Assembly (NCBI GenBank): GCA_051294375.1
Contig: CM119267.1
Coordinates: forward strand, 20,213,476 to 20,277,475
Reading direction: 5' to 3'
Length of the DNA stretch: 64,000 bases
DNA from: Paraspadella gotoi
Lineage: Eukaryota; Animalia; Chaetognatha
Shown here: positions 23,916 through 36,783 of the stretch, in pieces
How the letters are laid out: each line of letters begins with the position of its first letter
Numbering within the stretch: position 1 is the stretch's first letter
The notes under the pieces: model-generated
What the model was told of the DNA's origin: nothing
What the model saw: the letters and a program-made list of their open reading frames with translations, nothing else
Database searches by the model: none
Position numbers and translations under genes: made by a program

Positions 23916-26274
23916 NNNNNNNNNNNNNNNNNNNNNNNNNNNNNNNNNNNNNNNNNNNNNNNNNNNNNNNNNNNNNNNNNNNNNNNNNNNNNNNNNNNNN
24001 NNNNNNNNNNNNNNNNNNNNNNNNNNNNNNNNNNNNNNNNNNNNNNNNNNNNNNNNNNNNNNNNNNNNNNNNNNNNNNNNNNNNNNNNNNNNNNNNNNNN
24101 NNNNNNNNNNNNNNNNNNNNNNNNNNNNNNNNNNNNNNNNNNNNNNNNNNNNNNNNNNNNNNNNNNNNNNNNNNNNNNNNNNNNNNNNNNNNNNNNNNNN
24201 NNNNNNNNNNNNNNNNNACGTCCGACGCCCATTGTCCACCGTCTCCATTGTGCAAAATCTATCTTTCACTGGCGCCAATGACGTCATCACTGTGGTTTGC
24301 AAAGAAAGACGCCATTCTCCTCGGTGCAACGCCCCGTCAATCCTACCACCCCCTTTATCAACAACACCTCCGTTCTCTTCACACCGCTCCCCCCCCCCAA
24401 AACTTAAGCAGCCACTTTTAAAATCCTAAACAAATGTGACGGGGAAATGTAAACTAATCTTTGGTGCCACCTGCGGATTCTCCAGGATTTCCCAAATTAA
24501 GTTGGTTTATTTTTTCGTGGAGTTTTGAAAGGAAGCGACGAAAGATCGGTTGTCGTCGCAATACGGGTTTAGATATTTTTTTCGTTCACGATCTTTTAAT
24601 ATAAAAGTGAAGAGACAAAAAGGTTCATTAATTAGGAGTCGCGGAACTTCGGCGGGAAAGACAACTAGGCGGCCAATGGTTTAGAACCACCGACCTACGA
24701 GATGGAGAGGCATTTAACTTGCTCAAAGTGCCAAGGACCGTTGAGAAGTGCGCGTAGATTAGAATCCGCCAATAGGGGATTTTATCAACATATAAATTTA
24801 ATCTTTATCTTTCATTTCAATTTATAGTAATTCGAGCATTTTGAGGTTTAGTTTGGAATTCCCCATGACATTTTTTTTTCGCCATTTTTTTTTTATGTTT
24901 GGTGACTGATGAGCTTCGTACGAGAACGGCTGCGTTACGTCTGGATATATTCGAAATGAACAGTTGTTTACGTGACAGTACGAATTCATTTTAAACAAAT
25001 TCCTTCTTTTTTTTTTCGTTAAAATTTTCTTCGAAACTCTTTTCTTTATTTATTTCGATGAGTTTTTCGTTCCGTCAAGAGAAAAAAAAAAGAACCTTTT
25101 GAAAATATTTTAAATAATAAATCCATCTGCCTTTTTAAGGCGAAAATATTTCGTCTCCCGCAGAGAAGGGGACGATCAAAAAAAAAAAAGAAAAAGAAAG
25201 AAAGAAAATTTCGTGAATATTTCATTCGCCTAAAGGACGAAGGGACATTTGATCCATTAAATTTCATAGGAATAACTAATGAAATAAATAGCTTTCTTGC
25301 GATTGAAAAAAGAAAATAAAAACTGATTGAGCCCGGAGCGTCTTTTTTTTTTATGAGCGGGAATAGACAATTAGACATTAACAATTATTTTCCGACGAGT
25401 TCGTATTTCGTCTCCGTGAACTGCGTGAACTGACATAATTTAAAAAAATTAAAATAAAGCAAAAACTTTGAACCTAATGATTTAATTTTCAATTATCTCA
25501 AATATTTAACGCCAAAAAAAAAATAGTTTTCGGCCCGAAATCGGGAGAAAAGTCCTTTCGCGCCTCCTGGCGTCCAAAGAAGAAAAATCGCGAAAGGGTT
25601 TAAAGGATTTTGTCGATAAAATCCTTCGCTTGCGCCGAAGCGGGAGAGATAAAGCGCGGAAGACGACGGGCGCGCCGATCGGCGGCGAACGGGAGAATTA
25701 AGAAGTCGCTTCGCATAGAGAAAAAAAAAAGAAGAACATCGGGGAAGGGAAAGACGAAGATTGCTTAATGTTTATCGATTCGTATGTTTTCGTTTAATTA
25801 TCCGGCTTATTTTGTTTCTATATTATGCTTTTTTGATAATTTTTTAAATGCCTAATTAACTCAAGCGGATTTAATCATTAAACCGAGCAACTGTATTCGA
25901 AAAAGCAAAGGAAAAAATATCCGTCGGGATCATATCAAATCTTTATGTCAAGTTTTTTCCCCAGCAGTTCTTTCCAACCAAGTTACATTAATTATCTCAG
26001 TTTTCAATCTTGAAACTCAAAGGCTGAAACTGAGATTTGAGAAAATGAATGAGGCCTGGAAATGAAAAAAAAAAAGAAAAGAAAAAACCTGAGAGCCATC
26101 AAGTGGTTGGGAAAAAGCAAACGCCAGAGCAAATGGAGACATTAAGAAAAAAAAATGATACCAAAGGACAGAAGAGACGAGAAAGAAACATATTTCTCCT
26201 TGTTTTTTAATTATTTTTGTTTCTTTTTTACTTTTNNNNNNNNNNNNNNNNNNNNNNNNNAAAAGAAGAGAGAT

Positions 26275-29200
26275 TAAAAATTTTTACTATTTTAATTAAA
26301 TTATTTAGATATTTTTTTGGTGGGGGGACTTTATTTATTTTAGTATTATAATTTTTTATTTTTGGGGGATTTAATTGTTGCTTCTAATATAAATATCTAT
26401 ACAACACGAAGTTAAAGTTCTATTCTGATCGCCTATGTATATATTTACCGGCAAACTTCTATGGACTCTTTCCGCACGCCGCCGGCAAATTGGCGCCGCA
26501 GCCACGCCGCCACGCCGCATCGATCGCAAAAAAAAAACCACCAACCGCGATTTGAATTCTCGACTTTTGCTCCACGATTGCTTTTTATTCCGCGGCTTCT
26601 ATTCCACTTAAGTTTTTTTCCCCGTTTGTCAACGCGGGATATGTTATAGGGATTCGTACGTCGTAGATGTCGTCGCGTCGTCCGTCGTCGTCGTCGCTCA
26701 TAGCTCTTGCCCACGTCTCCCTCGCGACCTTCTTCTTGCCCGTAAAACGAATTGCCATGACGAGAAGGTCAGAAAAGAACAGGGTCGAGGGAGCAGCGGG
26801 TATTGGCAGGAAAAATGAAAAGGGGGTCGGGAAAAAGGGGTTGGCTAGAAAATCAAAAACGATTGAAATATAAAGTATGCAAGCGTCGAGGAGGGAAACG
26901 GAGAAGAAACAGATCTTCCTAATTCAGGTCGCGAGACTGGCGGCCTCGCCAAAAGTCGCAAAAAGGGCCAGAGGGCGACCGAAGCCGCGGCACCTCGGAG
27001 AGATGTCAAAAGATCGCGAGTTGAGCGACAAACTAGAATTCTTTGTCCGCAGAATTTGTCGGCAAGAATCGTTTGCTGAGATTTGGTCAGCTTTTTTACG
27101 AACAAACTGTTTCAACAGCTCGACATTCAACCAGTGGATAACACCGAAAACGACTGTCGGCCGCTAAAATCGTCAACGAATCCAGCGTGACGTCGGCCGA
27201 CGCAGCGCAATTAGGACGAGGATGACGCAATGCGTGCGTAAAGAGGAGGGATGGCGATGGCGTGAATCGCACGTGGCGGCGCGCGGTCGTCTTGTTCAGC
27301 ATCGGTTCTGTGAGTCGTTGTCCGTCCTTTTTCGCTCAAATCGTCGACCAAAGTAGAAGTTTTTCGTCATCATTAGTTTAAACGCTAAACTGAATGAAGT
27401 TTGAACACAACGTCAAATGTTTTTATTATCGTTTTAAAATACTATTTATTATTATTCTTGATGACGTGTCCCTTACGCAATGAGCACAAAAATCGAACAT
27501 TGTTCCCGCTAAATGAAAACAAGAGATAAGTCATATACGTCGCGTTAAACGTTAAACGCTACACAAAAATTGCTGAACAAATCGCTCAACGAAAAGAAAA
27601 GTAAATCTAAACACTAGAAAATTCGCGAAAAATTATGGATTGCAATTTGATAATACGACAATTAAATAGACCCGTTTGCGAATTTAAAGACACGCATAAA
27701 ATTGTACTCGCAGCGACCTTAAGGAAATAGTATTGTCTCACGTAGATACTACAGCTCGGCGATACAACGAGGTGCGCTTAATTGCGAAACCTCCCAGCAG
27801 ACGACGACGAACGAACGATGACGATGACGGAGAAGACGATTCGCCGTAATCGTCGTCGTCGTCGTCGTCGTCGTTCGTCTTCATATGCTCGTGGTCTAGC
27901 GATTCTTTTTTTCGCGTGAAAAGACAGAACAGAGCGATTTTTCGGTTTGATTTCATGTGGGAAAAAATCTATGGAAATATCTATAAAATCGCGGGATGAC
28001 ATTTTCTTTTGAGTGGGTTATTCTGTCTCGCTCCTCCTCTCTCTCACTTCTCCTCTCCTCTCTTTCTCACCCTCTCTCTCTCTTCTCTCACTTCTCTCTT
28101 CTCTTCTCGCCTTATCTCTCTCTCCTCCTCTCTCCTCTCTCTCTCATCTCTCTCTCCTCTCCTAATCTCTATCCTTCTATCTCTCTTTCGCTCTTGCGCA
28201 TGTGGAAAAATCGTCCTTAAAAAATAGGCGAAGAGAAAAATTTTTAAAAAAATCGAAGAAATTAATTTTTTTGGGGAAGCCAGGCGTCAACACTGAATAA
28301 TATTTTTTCAAGAGATTATGAAATGATTAATTCATCTATTAATACATTTAATCAAATTTGTTTTTTTAGCCAATATTTAGCGCGCAACCATACGGACACA
28401 AATAACTCCAAAACAAAAAACAAAAAAAAAAAACAACAAAAAACAAACGAAAAAAACTGGGAAAAAAAATTCGCAAACACAGTCCATTCAAAAATTTGTG
28501 CAGCTTAGATCTACTTTGCATTGGTTAGATTAAGTTCTTCGACACAATATCGAGATCAGCACAGTCTTTCAAGGTCACTCGTACCAATTGTAGCCATCGA
28601 TGTACATGAGAATACATGATGTTACCTGATTCTTGCTTAAACCTCTCTAGTTGTTATTAGTGCGAACGAAAGTTTTTATTTAATAATTTTTTATTTAAAC
28701 AAACTTTTCTTCATACTATATTATGGCGACGTGAATACTCAATGAAAAAGAAGACAAGAATTATGCAAAATGATAACTTTAACGCGAATAACGATTGAAT
28801 CGTTCGATCAGGTTGTTCGTTCGTACCACAAGTGGTTGAGGAGTGCTTTGAAAGCCCTAATAGATTTGACAGCACAAATACCAATGAGAAAGAGAGAGAG
28901 AGTTCAGATTTAGCAAATCACAGGGAGAAACTGAGCAGCTGGAAGAGATGGTAGAAACGTTCACACGGCACATAGAGTAATTTGATTTTTTTGTTTGGGC
29001 TTTATCGCAACCACCGAGCAGCCCTGGGACAGAACAATGCAGAACGATTGTGACGTCATAGTGTTTTGGAAACTGAAGCTTTTGCGGTCCCGGCGTTGTC
29101 TGCGTCTGTTTTTTCTCTCGTTCGACGCGGCGTCAATGGAGCGAGAGACGCGGACTGATTGTCCCGGCGCCGTTACTCTTTCTTTCCAATCGTTTTGCGA

Positions 29201-30428
29201 CGATGGAGACCAGAAGCTTTTCGGCGTCGTCTTCGTCATTGCATCGTCTTCGCTGTTGTGCCATCACGCACGTCGTGCAATAGATTCTCTGACTCGCAGT
29301 CGCGCTACTCCATTGTCTCTTCAAGCGATTTACCGCGGAAAAATATACAAACGAGGTTGTTTCTTAATCTTAAAAAAGAACGCTCTGAACATTTAATAAA
29401 GTTTAAAACATTTTGTTAAGCTACCCAGTGACGCGTGCTTAAGTAATACTCTAATTGTTTTTTGTTCTAACTGGTTCTAACTTTCCTCAATTTTAGTTTC
29501 AAATTCTGACCAATTTGGTCCTGTTTCCGATCTTTGGGTTGCATACCTTTCAGATTAGGGTAAACCAAAGTTACCTCGACTTAAAAAACTAGTAATATTA
29601 CCAATCACATAAAGATAAAAAAGTAGAACAACAGCGAACAGTTATATATGTATCCTATTAATTACTCACACGTATATATCCGATAAAAAAAAGCGCACCC
29701 ATTCGCCATTTTTTTCCTTCCAATTTTCTTCTTTGAACGTCGATCGGCGCCCGATGGAATCCGCACGGGGCGTGTCCGACCAGATTCCTATTCTATTCCC
29801 CCGTTCTTAGTCTGGTTTCTTCCTCTACCTCGACTTTCGTTACCTCTTTTCTTTCACTTTAACTTTCTCTCGCAATCGGAACTAGATAATCTTTTTCTCT
29901 TCTCTTTGCACATGCCTCTCTCTGCTCTCTCCTCCCTTCTCCCTCTCTCTCTCTCTCGTTCGTCTCCATTCTCTCTCATCTCTCATCGCTCTCTCTCTCT
30001 CTCTGTCTCTCTTTTCATCGACTCCATTTTTTTCTCTCCTCTTATTTCCAAACTTCTCTCCCATTCAATCTTCATCCCTTGAGCCTTATGGTTATCATTC
30101 GCAAATTATTTTTTTTTCATTCTCTTTTTCCCGCGGCTTTCCTATCCTCCTCCCTCCTCCTCCTCCTACCTCACTCCTCCTGCCTCCTCCTCTTCCCCAC
30201 ACGATTGTCGGTGAAGGGTGTCTGCCAAAAAAAAAAACTCTTGTCGCTTCTTCGACCGTTTTTTTTTCTCTTTCTTTTATGGAAACAATTTTTTTTTGGT
30301 TCCAGAGAGACGAGATTGTGTGACATTTCGAAACAGGATCTAAGATGTAGTGAAGCTCCGAAAAACAAGAGACGAGAGACGAGAGCCCAGAGAGAGAGAG
30401 ATTGACAGAGAGAGAGAGGGAAGTGGAG

Positions 30429-30463
<35 letters not shown>

Positions 30464-33246
30464 GGAAGAAAGAAGACTGAAGCTAGCACTGGTCAGACGT
30501 CATATACGACGACAGGGATGGGTTCTTTTCATCGACCCGATTGATATTCATTCTCCAAGTTCCCAAACCGTTTCTTCCTTCAGCATCGAGTGCACACCGT
30601 TGTTCATAAGGCTCCTCTTTCTTCGCCGAACGCCCAACTTTCTGATCTTTATTTACCCTACTTTGCATTTTAAAATTTCAATTTTCAAATCTATCCATCG
30701 GACATTAAACCGGACCGATTCACGAGAGAAATCCCTCGGAACCAGACAATGGAATCTCTCCATATGGTGAGACACCACATCGGCATCCTGCCCAATGATC
30801 ACGGATGACGCTTCATCGCCATGGAGCCTCTCCATTCTATTTATCCTGTTTATACTGTATATAATTTGCCGCATCAATTTTATATTAATCCCATCTCTGC
30901 CAAAACAATTTATATCCATCTTTCCTCATATCTACTTTTTCCTTAACAACTAAATTTAACTTCTGGGTCGTGGGGGATTAAGGGTTAGGCGTTGGTGTGG
31001 GGCGCCAGGGCACTATGATTTAACACCCGCGCGTTGGCAGTGACCCATTCTGCCGTTAACCAAAAAACTTATACTCTTTAACCTATCCCTTAACGCTTAT
31101 CCTAACCCTTAACTTAATTAATTAACCTTAATCCCTTAATCTGCCCTTATTAGTAGCCTACTCACTAACTTTAATCCTAATTCTTCCTAGACTACCATCT
31201 ATAAACTTTAACCTCGAACCCTAATTTTAACAAACCATAAAAAATAGACATAAATCTTCGAATTTAAGATGAAACAGGGGCGCATTTGGGAAACAACTAA
31301 GCACCTTTCAATTATTTTATTCTTCTCATGTTTTCTCATTTTCCCCCTTCATCTTTCTTCATGCCGAACTAAACAAATTTACCTTAATCTTTCCTCTTAC
31401 TTACTCTCCTTTTTATTCTTTTAATTATGCGACTCTTTTCCCCTTAATTTTATAATTATAACCCTTTCCCAGTTCTCTTCAAAACCCTTAACCTTTCCAT
31501 TCCCTATTCTCTTACCCCTTTCCCCCCTCATTAATTTCAATCCACCACCTCCCGGGGGTTTAACCCGCGAAGCTGGCCGAAAGCAAACAGGCAGCGCAGG
31601 GGGTCACCCGGCGGGGCCGTCTCTCTCTTGGTCAGCCACCTCTCTGTCTCGAATCTCGACCGTTCTCGACGTTTAAATATTTACTGTTTAATTCAGGATG
31701 AAAAGCATGAACCGAGTTCCTTCAACAGTACAACGTAGAGCAATTTATAGCTGTTGTACTGGCACGCGTTTGTTTTTCTTTTGGTAATACACATAAATCC
31801 TGCCCATCCTATTCTGCGTTTTATCTAACTGTAATCATTTAACGTTAACATTTTATTTAAACCGCTAGCACGCTAGCTACACACAACATACACGTTTTCC
31901 CGAACTAAAAAATATCGAAAATATGAATAACCGAGAAACGTCGACTTTTAAAAACAGAGTTTACGCAATCACATTTATTAAACCTCAAACCACCTCTGAT
32001 TACGCCCGTGGATCGCTTCAATTATTTTCTCTTTTTTTTCTCTCACTCTCTCCTTTCTTTACTTGCCCTAAATTAGCCCGACTCTCCATGTTCCCCTGAT
32101 TGCACTCCCCCTCCCCCGACTCGAACTGTCAGCTTGATCACGCTTTCGTCGGTCCTGTCGCGTCTCCTAGGGTAGCGAACGATCGGGTAAGCTGCAGGAA
32201 TATCAAACCAGGTTTACAACACCGGAAGACGTGCACGAAGCTCAATTTCATCAGATTAAATGTATTTGTCCACCTTTTTATTTTCCGTTTTTTTCGCTTT
32301 CTCTGCTAATAAATCGACGCGACGACGACGACGCATACGCTGACTAGCCCTCTACACGGGCGACCAGCAGTGTTTGGCTTCGTTTTTTTATCTTTTCGCG
32401 ACAAATGTCAAAACAAACGGACGAACCAAAATGCAGTCGTCTTGGCGCTCTAATCACCTTCTCGACGCACATCTTTATTCAGTGCATCAACGACGAAAGA
32501 AAGCAAACCAAACAACAACTCAAACCCGAATAAACATAACAAAGCAAAAAAAGTTGTCCGCTTTGTCTACAACACGCAAACGAGAAGAATACAAAAAAAC
32601 ACACGTCAAAAACTTGCTTCCTCTCAAAAATAAAACAACAAAACGGAGGAAAACCCAACGAGACGACGAACGACAACGACAAAACGACACACGAGACGAC
32701 GAGAGCGAAAGGCAGACGATCTACGTAATCCTTCGACTTAAGCACGCGGGACACAGCGAACGCGGCCGACACGTTCCCCCACGCGCCTCATCCCTTCTCC
32801 CAGGAGCCCACGCACACTCGCGTTCCGTGCGCGAGTTTCCGCCGCGCCGCCGCGCCTCGTCACAGTCGCACTTTATACCTCTGCCCGCGATCTGCGGATG
32901 TCCACAACTTCGTCCGCTCGACCAGTCGGAGATCAAGACGACGACGAAGACCGACGACGACGAACGAACGACGAAGGACGACAATTCGAATACAATAGTT
33001 TTGACCTTCAACATCGAGGTTATGACCCCACAATTGGCCTCTCGCGCGCCGAAAATTTAATTTTTTTTCCTGGCAATACATTTTTTTCTCATTTTTCCAG
33101 ACTTCAGAAGGGTATTTCTAATTCTAATTCAAACCAATTAAATATATATCCTTTTTTTTTGCGTAACTTTTAATACACAATTAGACCAAAAAAACTCACC
33201 ACGCCTTCTGGTTTCCGCTGAAAATTCTACTTCAGGCAAAAGTGAC
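26275..33246 (+). repeat. left arm of a ~7-kb inverted repeat (right arm 33380-40230), with a GA-rich spacer
   Basis: TTTTTACTATTTTAATTAAATTATTTAGAT at ~26281 mirrors ~40195-40225. CCGCTGAAAATTCTACTT...AAAAGTGAC before 33246 mirrors GTCACTTTT...AAGTAGAATTTTCAGCGG after 33380. Confidence 0.95.
30610..31305 (+). mobile_element. noisy mirror copy of the TIR element with telomere-like repeats
   Basis: Ends are GGCTCCTCTTTCTTCGCCGAACGCCC and GGGGCGCATTTGGGAAAC...GCACC, with internal TAACC-like repeats. Confidence 0.5.
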
Positions 33247-33307
33247 GAAGTCACCCGTCACAGAGATAAGAAACAAAGAGAGAGAGACGAGAGAGAGAGA
33301 GAGAGAG

Positions 33308-33357
<50 letters not shown>

Positions 33358-33514
33358 CGAACAAAAAAAAAAAAAAAGGAGTCACTTTTTCCTAAGTAGA
33401 ATTTTCAGCGGAACCATAAGGCGTGTGATTTTTTTTTGTCGTAATTTGTATTAAAAGTTACCAAAAAAAGGAAATTATAATTTAATTGAGTTTGAAGTTT
33501 AGATTAGAAATACC

Positions 33515-34202
33515 CTTCTGAAATGAAAAATGAAAAAAAATATTCCAGGAAAAAAAATTAAATTTCGGGCGCGAGAGCCAATGGTGGTCAAACCTCGATT
33601 TGAATCAAAACTATTGTATTCCAATTCGTCGTCGTCTTCGTCGTCGTCGTCGTCGTCGTCTTATCTCCGACTGTCGACGGGACGAGTTGTGGACATCCGA
33701 TCCGCGAGACGCGTTAAAATCACGTGACGAGCGCGCGCGGGGCGGAACTCGCGCCACGGAACGCGTGCGTGGCGTGGAGAAGGGGATAGGCTGGGGGAAC
33801 GTCGCGCGTCGCTGTCCCGCGTCTAAGTCGAAGGGATACGTAGATTCGTCGTCGTCGTCTTCTGAAATGAAAAATGAAAAAAAAGTATTCCAGGAAAAAA
33901 AATTAAATTTCGGGCGCGAGAGCCAATTGGTGGTCAAACTCGATTTGAATCAAAACTATTGTATTCCAATGTCGTCGTCGTCTTCGTCGTCGTCTTCGTC
34001 GTCGTCTTATCTCCGACTAGGTCGGAGGACGAGTTGTGGACATCCGATCCGCGAGACGCGTTAAAATCACGTGACGAGCGCGCGCGGGGCGGAAACTCGC
34101 GCCACGGAACGCGTGCGTGCGTGGAGAAGGGATAAGGCTGGGGGAACGTCGCGCGTCGCTTGTCCCGCGTCTAAGTCGAGGATACGTAGATTCGTCGTCG
34201 TC
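33515..34202 (+). repeat. 344-bp tandem duplication present only in the right arm
   Basis: CTTCTGAAATGAAAAATGAAAAAAAA starts at both 33515 and 33859. The left arm (~32720-33110) has a single copy. Confidence 0.9.
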
Positions 34203-35580
34203 GTCGTCGTCGTCTCGTTGTCGTTGTTGTCGTCGCGGCTTTCGTTGTTTTCCTCGTTTTTTGTTTTATTTTGAAAACAAGTTTTGACGTGTTTTTTTTT
34301 TATCTCTCTCGTTTTCGTGTTTAGACAAAGTCGACAACTTTTTTTTCTGTTTATTTCGGTTTGATTTGTTTTTTTGTTTTCTTTTTCTTTCTCGTTGATG
34401 CACGAATAAAGATGGTCGTCGAAATGATAGAGAGCCAAGACGGACTCCATTTTGTTCGTCCGTTTGTTTTGACATTTCGCCGAAAATAAAAAAGGACGAA
34501 CCGAAACACTGCTTCGCCGTTAGAGGGCTGTCAGCGTGATTCGTCGTCGTCGTCGTCGATTTATAGCAGAGAAGCGACAAAAACGGGAAAATAAAAATGG
34601 TCGACAATAATTTAATCTGAGGAAATTTGACTTCGCACTCTTCNNNNNNNNNNNNNNNNNNNNNNNNNGGCTGTTAAACCTGTTTTTGAATTCCTCACTT
34701 ACCCGATCGTTCCTACCCTAGGCGGACGACGAACTGACAAGCTGACAGTTCGAGTCGGAGGGGGGGGNNNNNNNNNNNNNNNNNNNNNNNNNNNNNNNNN
34801 NNNNNNNNNNNNNNNNNNNNNNNNNNNNNNNNNNNNNNNNNNNNNNNNNNNNNNNNNNNNNNNNNNNNNNNNNNNNNNNNNNNNNNNNNNNNNNNNNNNN
34901 NNNNNNNNNNNNNNNNNNNNNNNNNNNNNNNNNNNNNNNNNNNNNNNNNNNNNNNNNNNNNNNNNNNNNNNNNNNATGCTAAACTCGTTTTTAAAAGTCG
35001 ACGTTTCTCGTTATTCATATTTCATATTTTTTAGTTTCGGAAAACGGTTATTTTGTACGCACGTGCTACGGTTTAAATAAAATGTTAACTTAAATATACA
35101 GTAATAATAACGCAGAATAATGGGGATTTATGTATACCAAAAAAAAACAAACCTGCACAGTACAACACTATTAAATTGCTCTACGTTGTACTGGTGAAAA
35201 CTCGTTCAGCTTTCATCCTGAAATTAACAGTAAATATTTAAACGTCGAAGGTCGAAGATCGAGACAAAGGCTGCTGACCAAGAGAGACGCCCCCCGTCGA
35301 CCCCCTCCTGCCTGTTCTTTCGCCAGCTTCGCGGTTAAACCCCGGATGTGATTGAAATTAATGAGGGAGGGAAAGGGGTAAGAGAATAGGGAATGGAAAG
35401 GTTAAGGGTTTGAAGAGAACTGGGAAAATAGGGTATAATTATAAATAAGGGGAAAACGAGTCATTAATTAAAAAATAAAAAGGAGAGTAAGGGAAGAGGA
35501 AAGATTAAAGGTAATTTGTTTAGTCGAGAGAGAAACGATGAGGGAAAATGAAAAAAATGAAAGGAATAAAATAATGAAAA

Positions 35581-36196
35581 GGCCTTATTTTCCCAAAGCG
35601 CCCCTTTTCATCTTAAATTCGAAATTATGTTATTTTTATGGTTTTTAAAATTAGGTTCGAGGTTAAAGTTATAGATTAGGTTAAAGATTAGGATTAAAGT
35701 TAGTGAGTAGGCTACTAATAAAGGGCAGGGATAAGGATTAAGGTTAAAGATTAAGTTAAGGTTAAGGATTAAGGTTAAGGATAAGGGTTAAAGATATAAG
35801 TTTGGTAACAGAATGGTCACTGCAAACGCGCGGGTTTAAATCATATCCCTGCCCCCACACCTAACCCTAACCCTAACCCCCACACCAAAGTAAAATTTTA
35901 TTGTAAGAAAATAGATATGAGAAAATGGTATAAATTTTTGGTCAGAATGAATTAATATAAAATTGATGCCAATTTATACAGTATAAACAGATAAAAGAAT
36001 GGAAGCTCCATGGATGGAAGCTCACCTGATCATTGGCAGATGCCATTGGTGTCTCGACCAATGAGAGAGTTCCATTCTGGTTCCGATGGATTTCTCTCGA
36101 ATCGCCGTTTAATTCCGATGATAGATTAAAATTAAATTTTAAAATCAAATTAAGGAATAAAGGATCAGAAATTGGGCGCTTCGGGAAAAAAGAGCC
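35581..36196. mobile_element. ~616-bp MITE-like element with 23-bp TIRs and internal telomere-like repeats
   Basis: GGCCTTATTTTCCCAAAGCGCCC (35581-35603) matches the reverse complement of GGGCGCTTCGGGAAAAAAGAGCC (36174-36196) at 19/23 positions. A TAAGGT/TTAGG-rich tract lies at ~35650-35790 and CCTAACCCTAACCCTAACCCC at ~35860-35880. Target-site duplication not resolved. Confidence 0.6.
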
Positions 36197-36692
36197 TATG
36201 AACAACGGGTGACTCGATGTGAAGGAGAAACGGTTGGGAACTTGGAATAGATATCAATCGGCGATAAAAAACCCATCCCTGTCGTCGTAATTGACTCTGA
36301 CCAGCTGCTAGCTTTCTCTCTCTCTCTCTCTCTCTCAATCTCTCTCTCTCTCTCTCTCTGTTTTCAGCTCACTACATCTTGATCCTGTTTCGAAATGTGA
36401 CACAAGTCTCGTCTCTCTGGAAACCAAAAAAAAATTGTTTCCATAAAAGAAGAAAAAAAAACGTCAGAAGCGACCAAGAGTTTTTTTTTTTGGAGACACC
36501 CTTCACCGAGCATCTTGGAGGAGGAAGAGGAGGAGGAGGATGAGGAGGAGGAGGAGGAGGAGGAGGATAGAGCCGCGGGAAAAAGAGAATGAAAAAAAAT
36601 TAATTTGGAATGATAACCATAAGCTCAAAGGATGAAGATGAATTGGGGAGGAAGTTTGGAAAAAGAGAGAGAAAAAAATGGAGTCGATGAAA

Positions 36693-36783
<91 letters not shown>

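Noticed and set aside
24906-24960. CTGATGAG as a possible hammerhead ribozyme core
   Set aside because: No properly placed stem II-GAAA or stems I/III could be formed.
33246-33380. Missed PacBio SMRTbell adapter at palindrome centres (also checked ~10330, ~13820, ~48020)
   Set aside because: The adapter core TTTTCCTCCTCCTCCGTTGTTGTTGTT was not seen at these sites, only generic GA/TC or AT-rich sequence.
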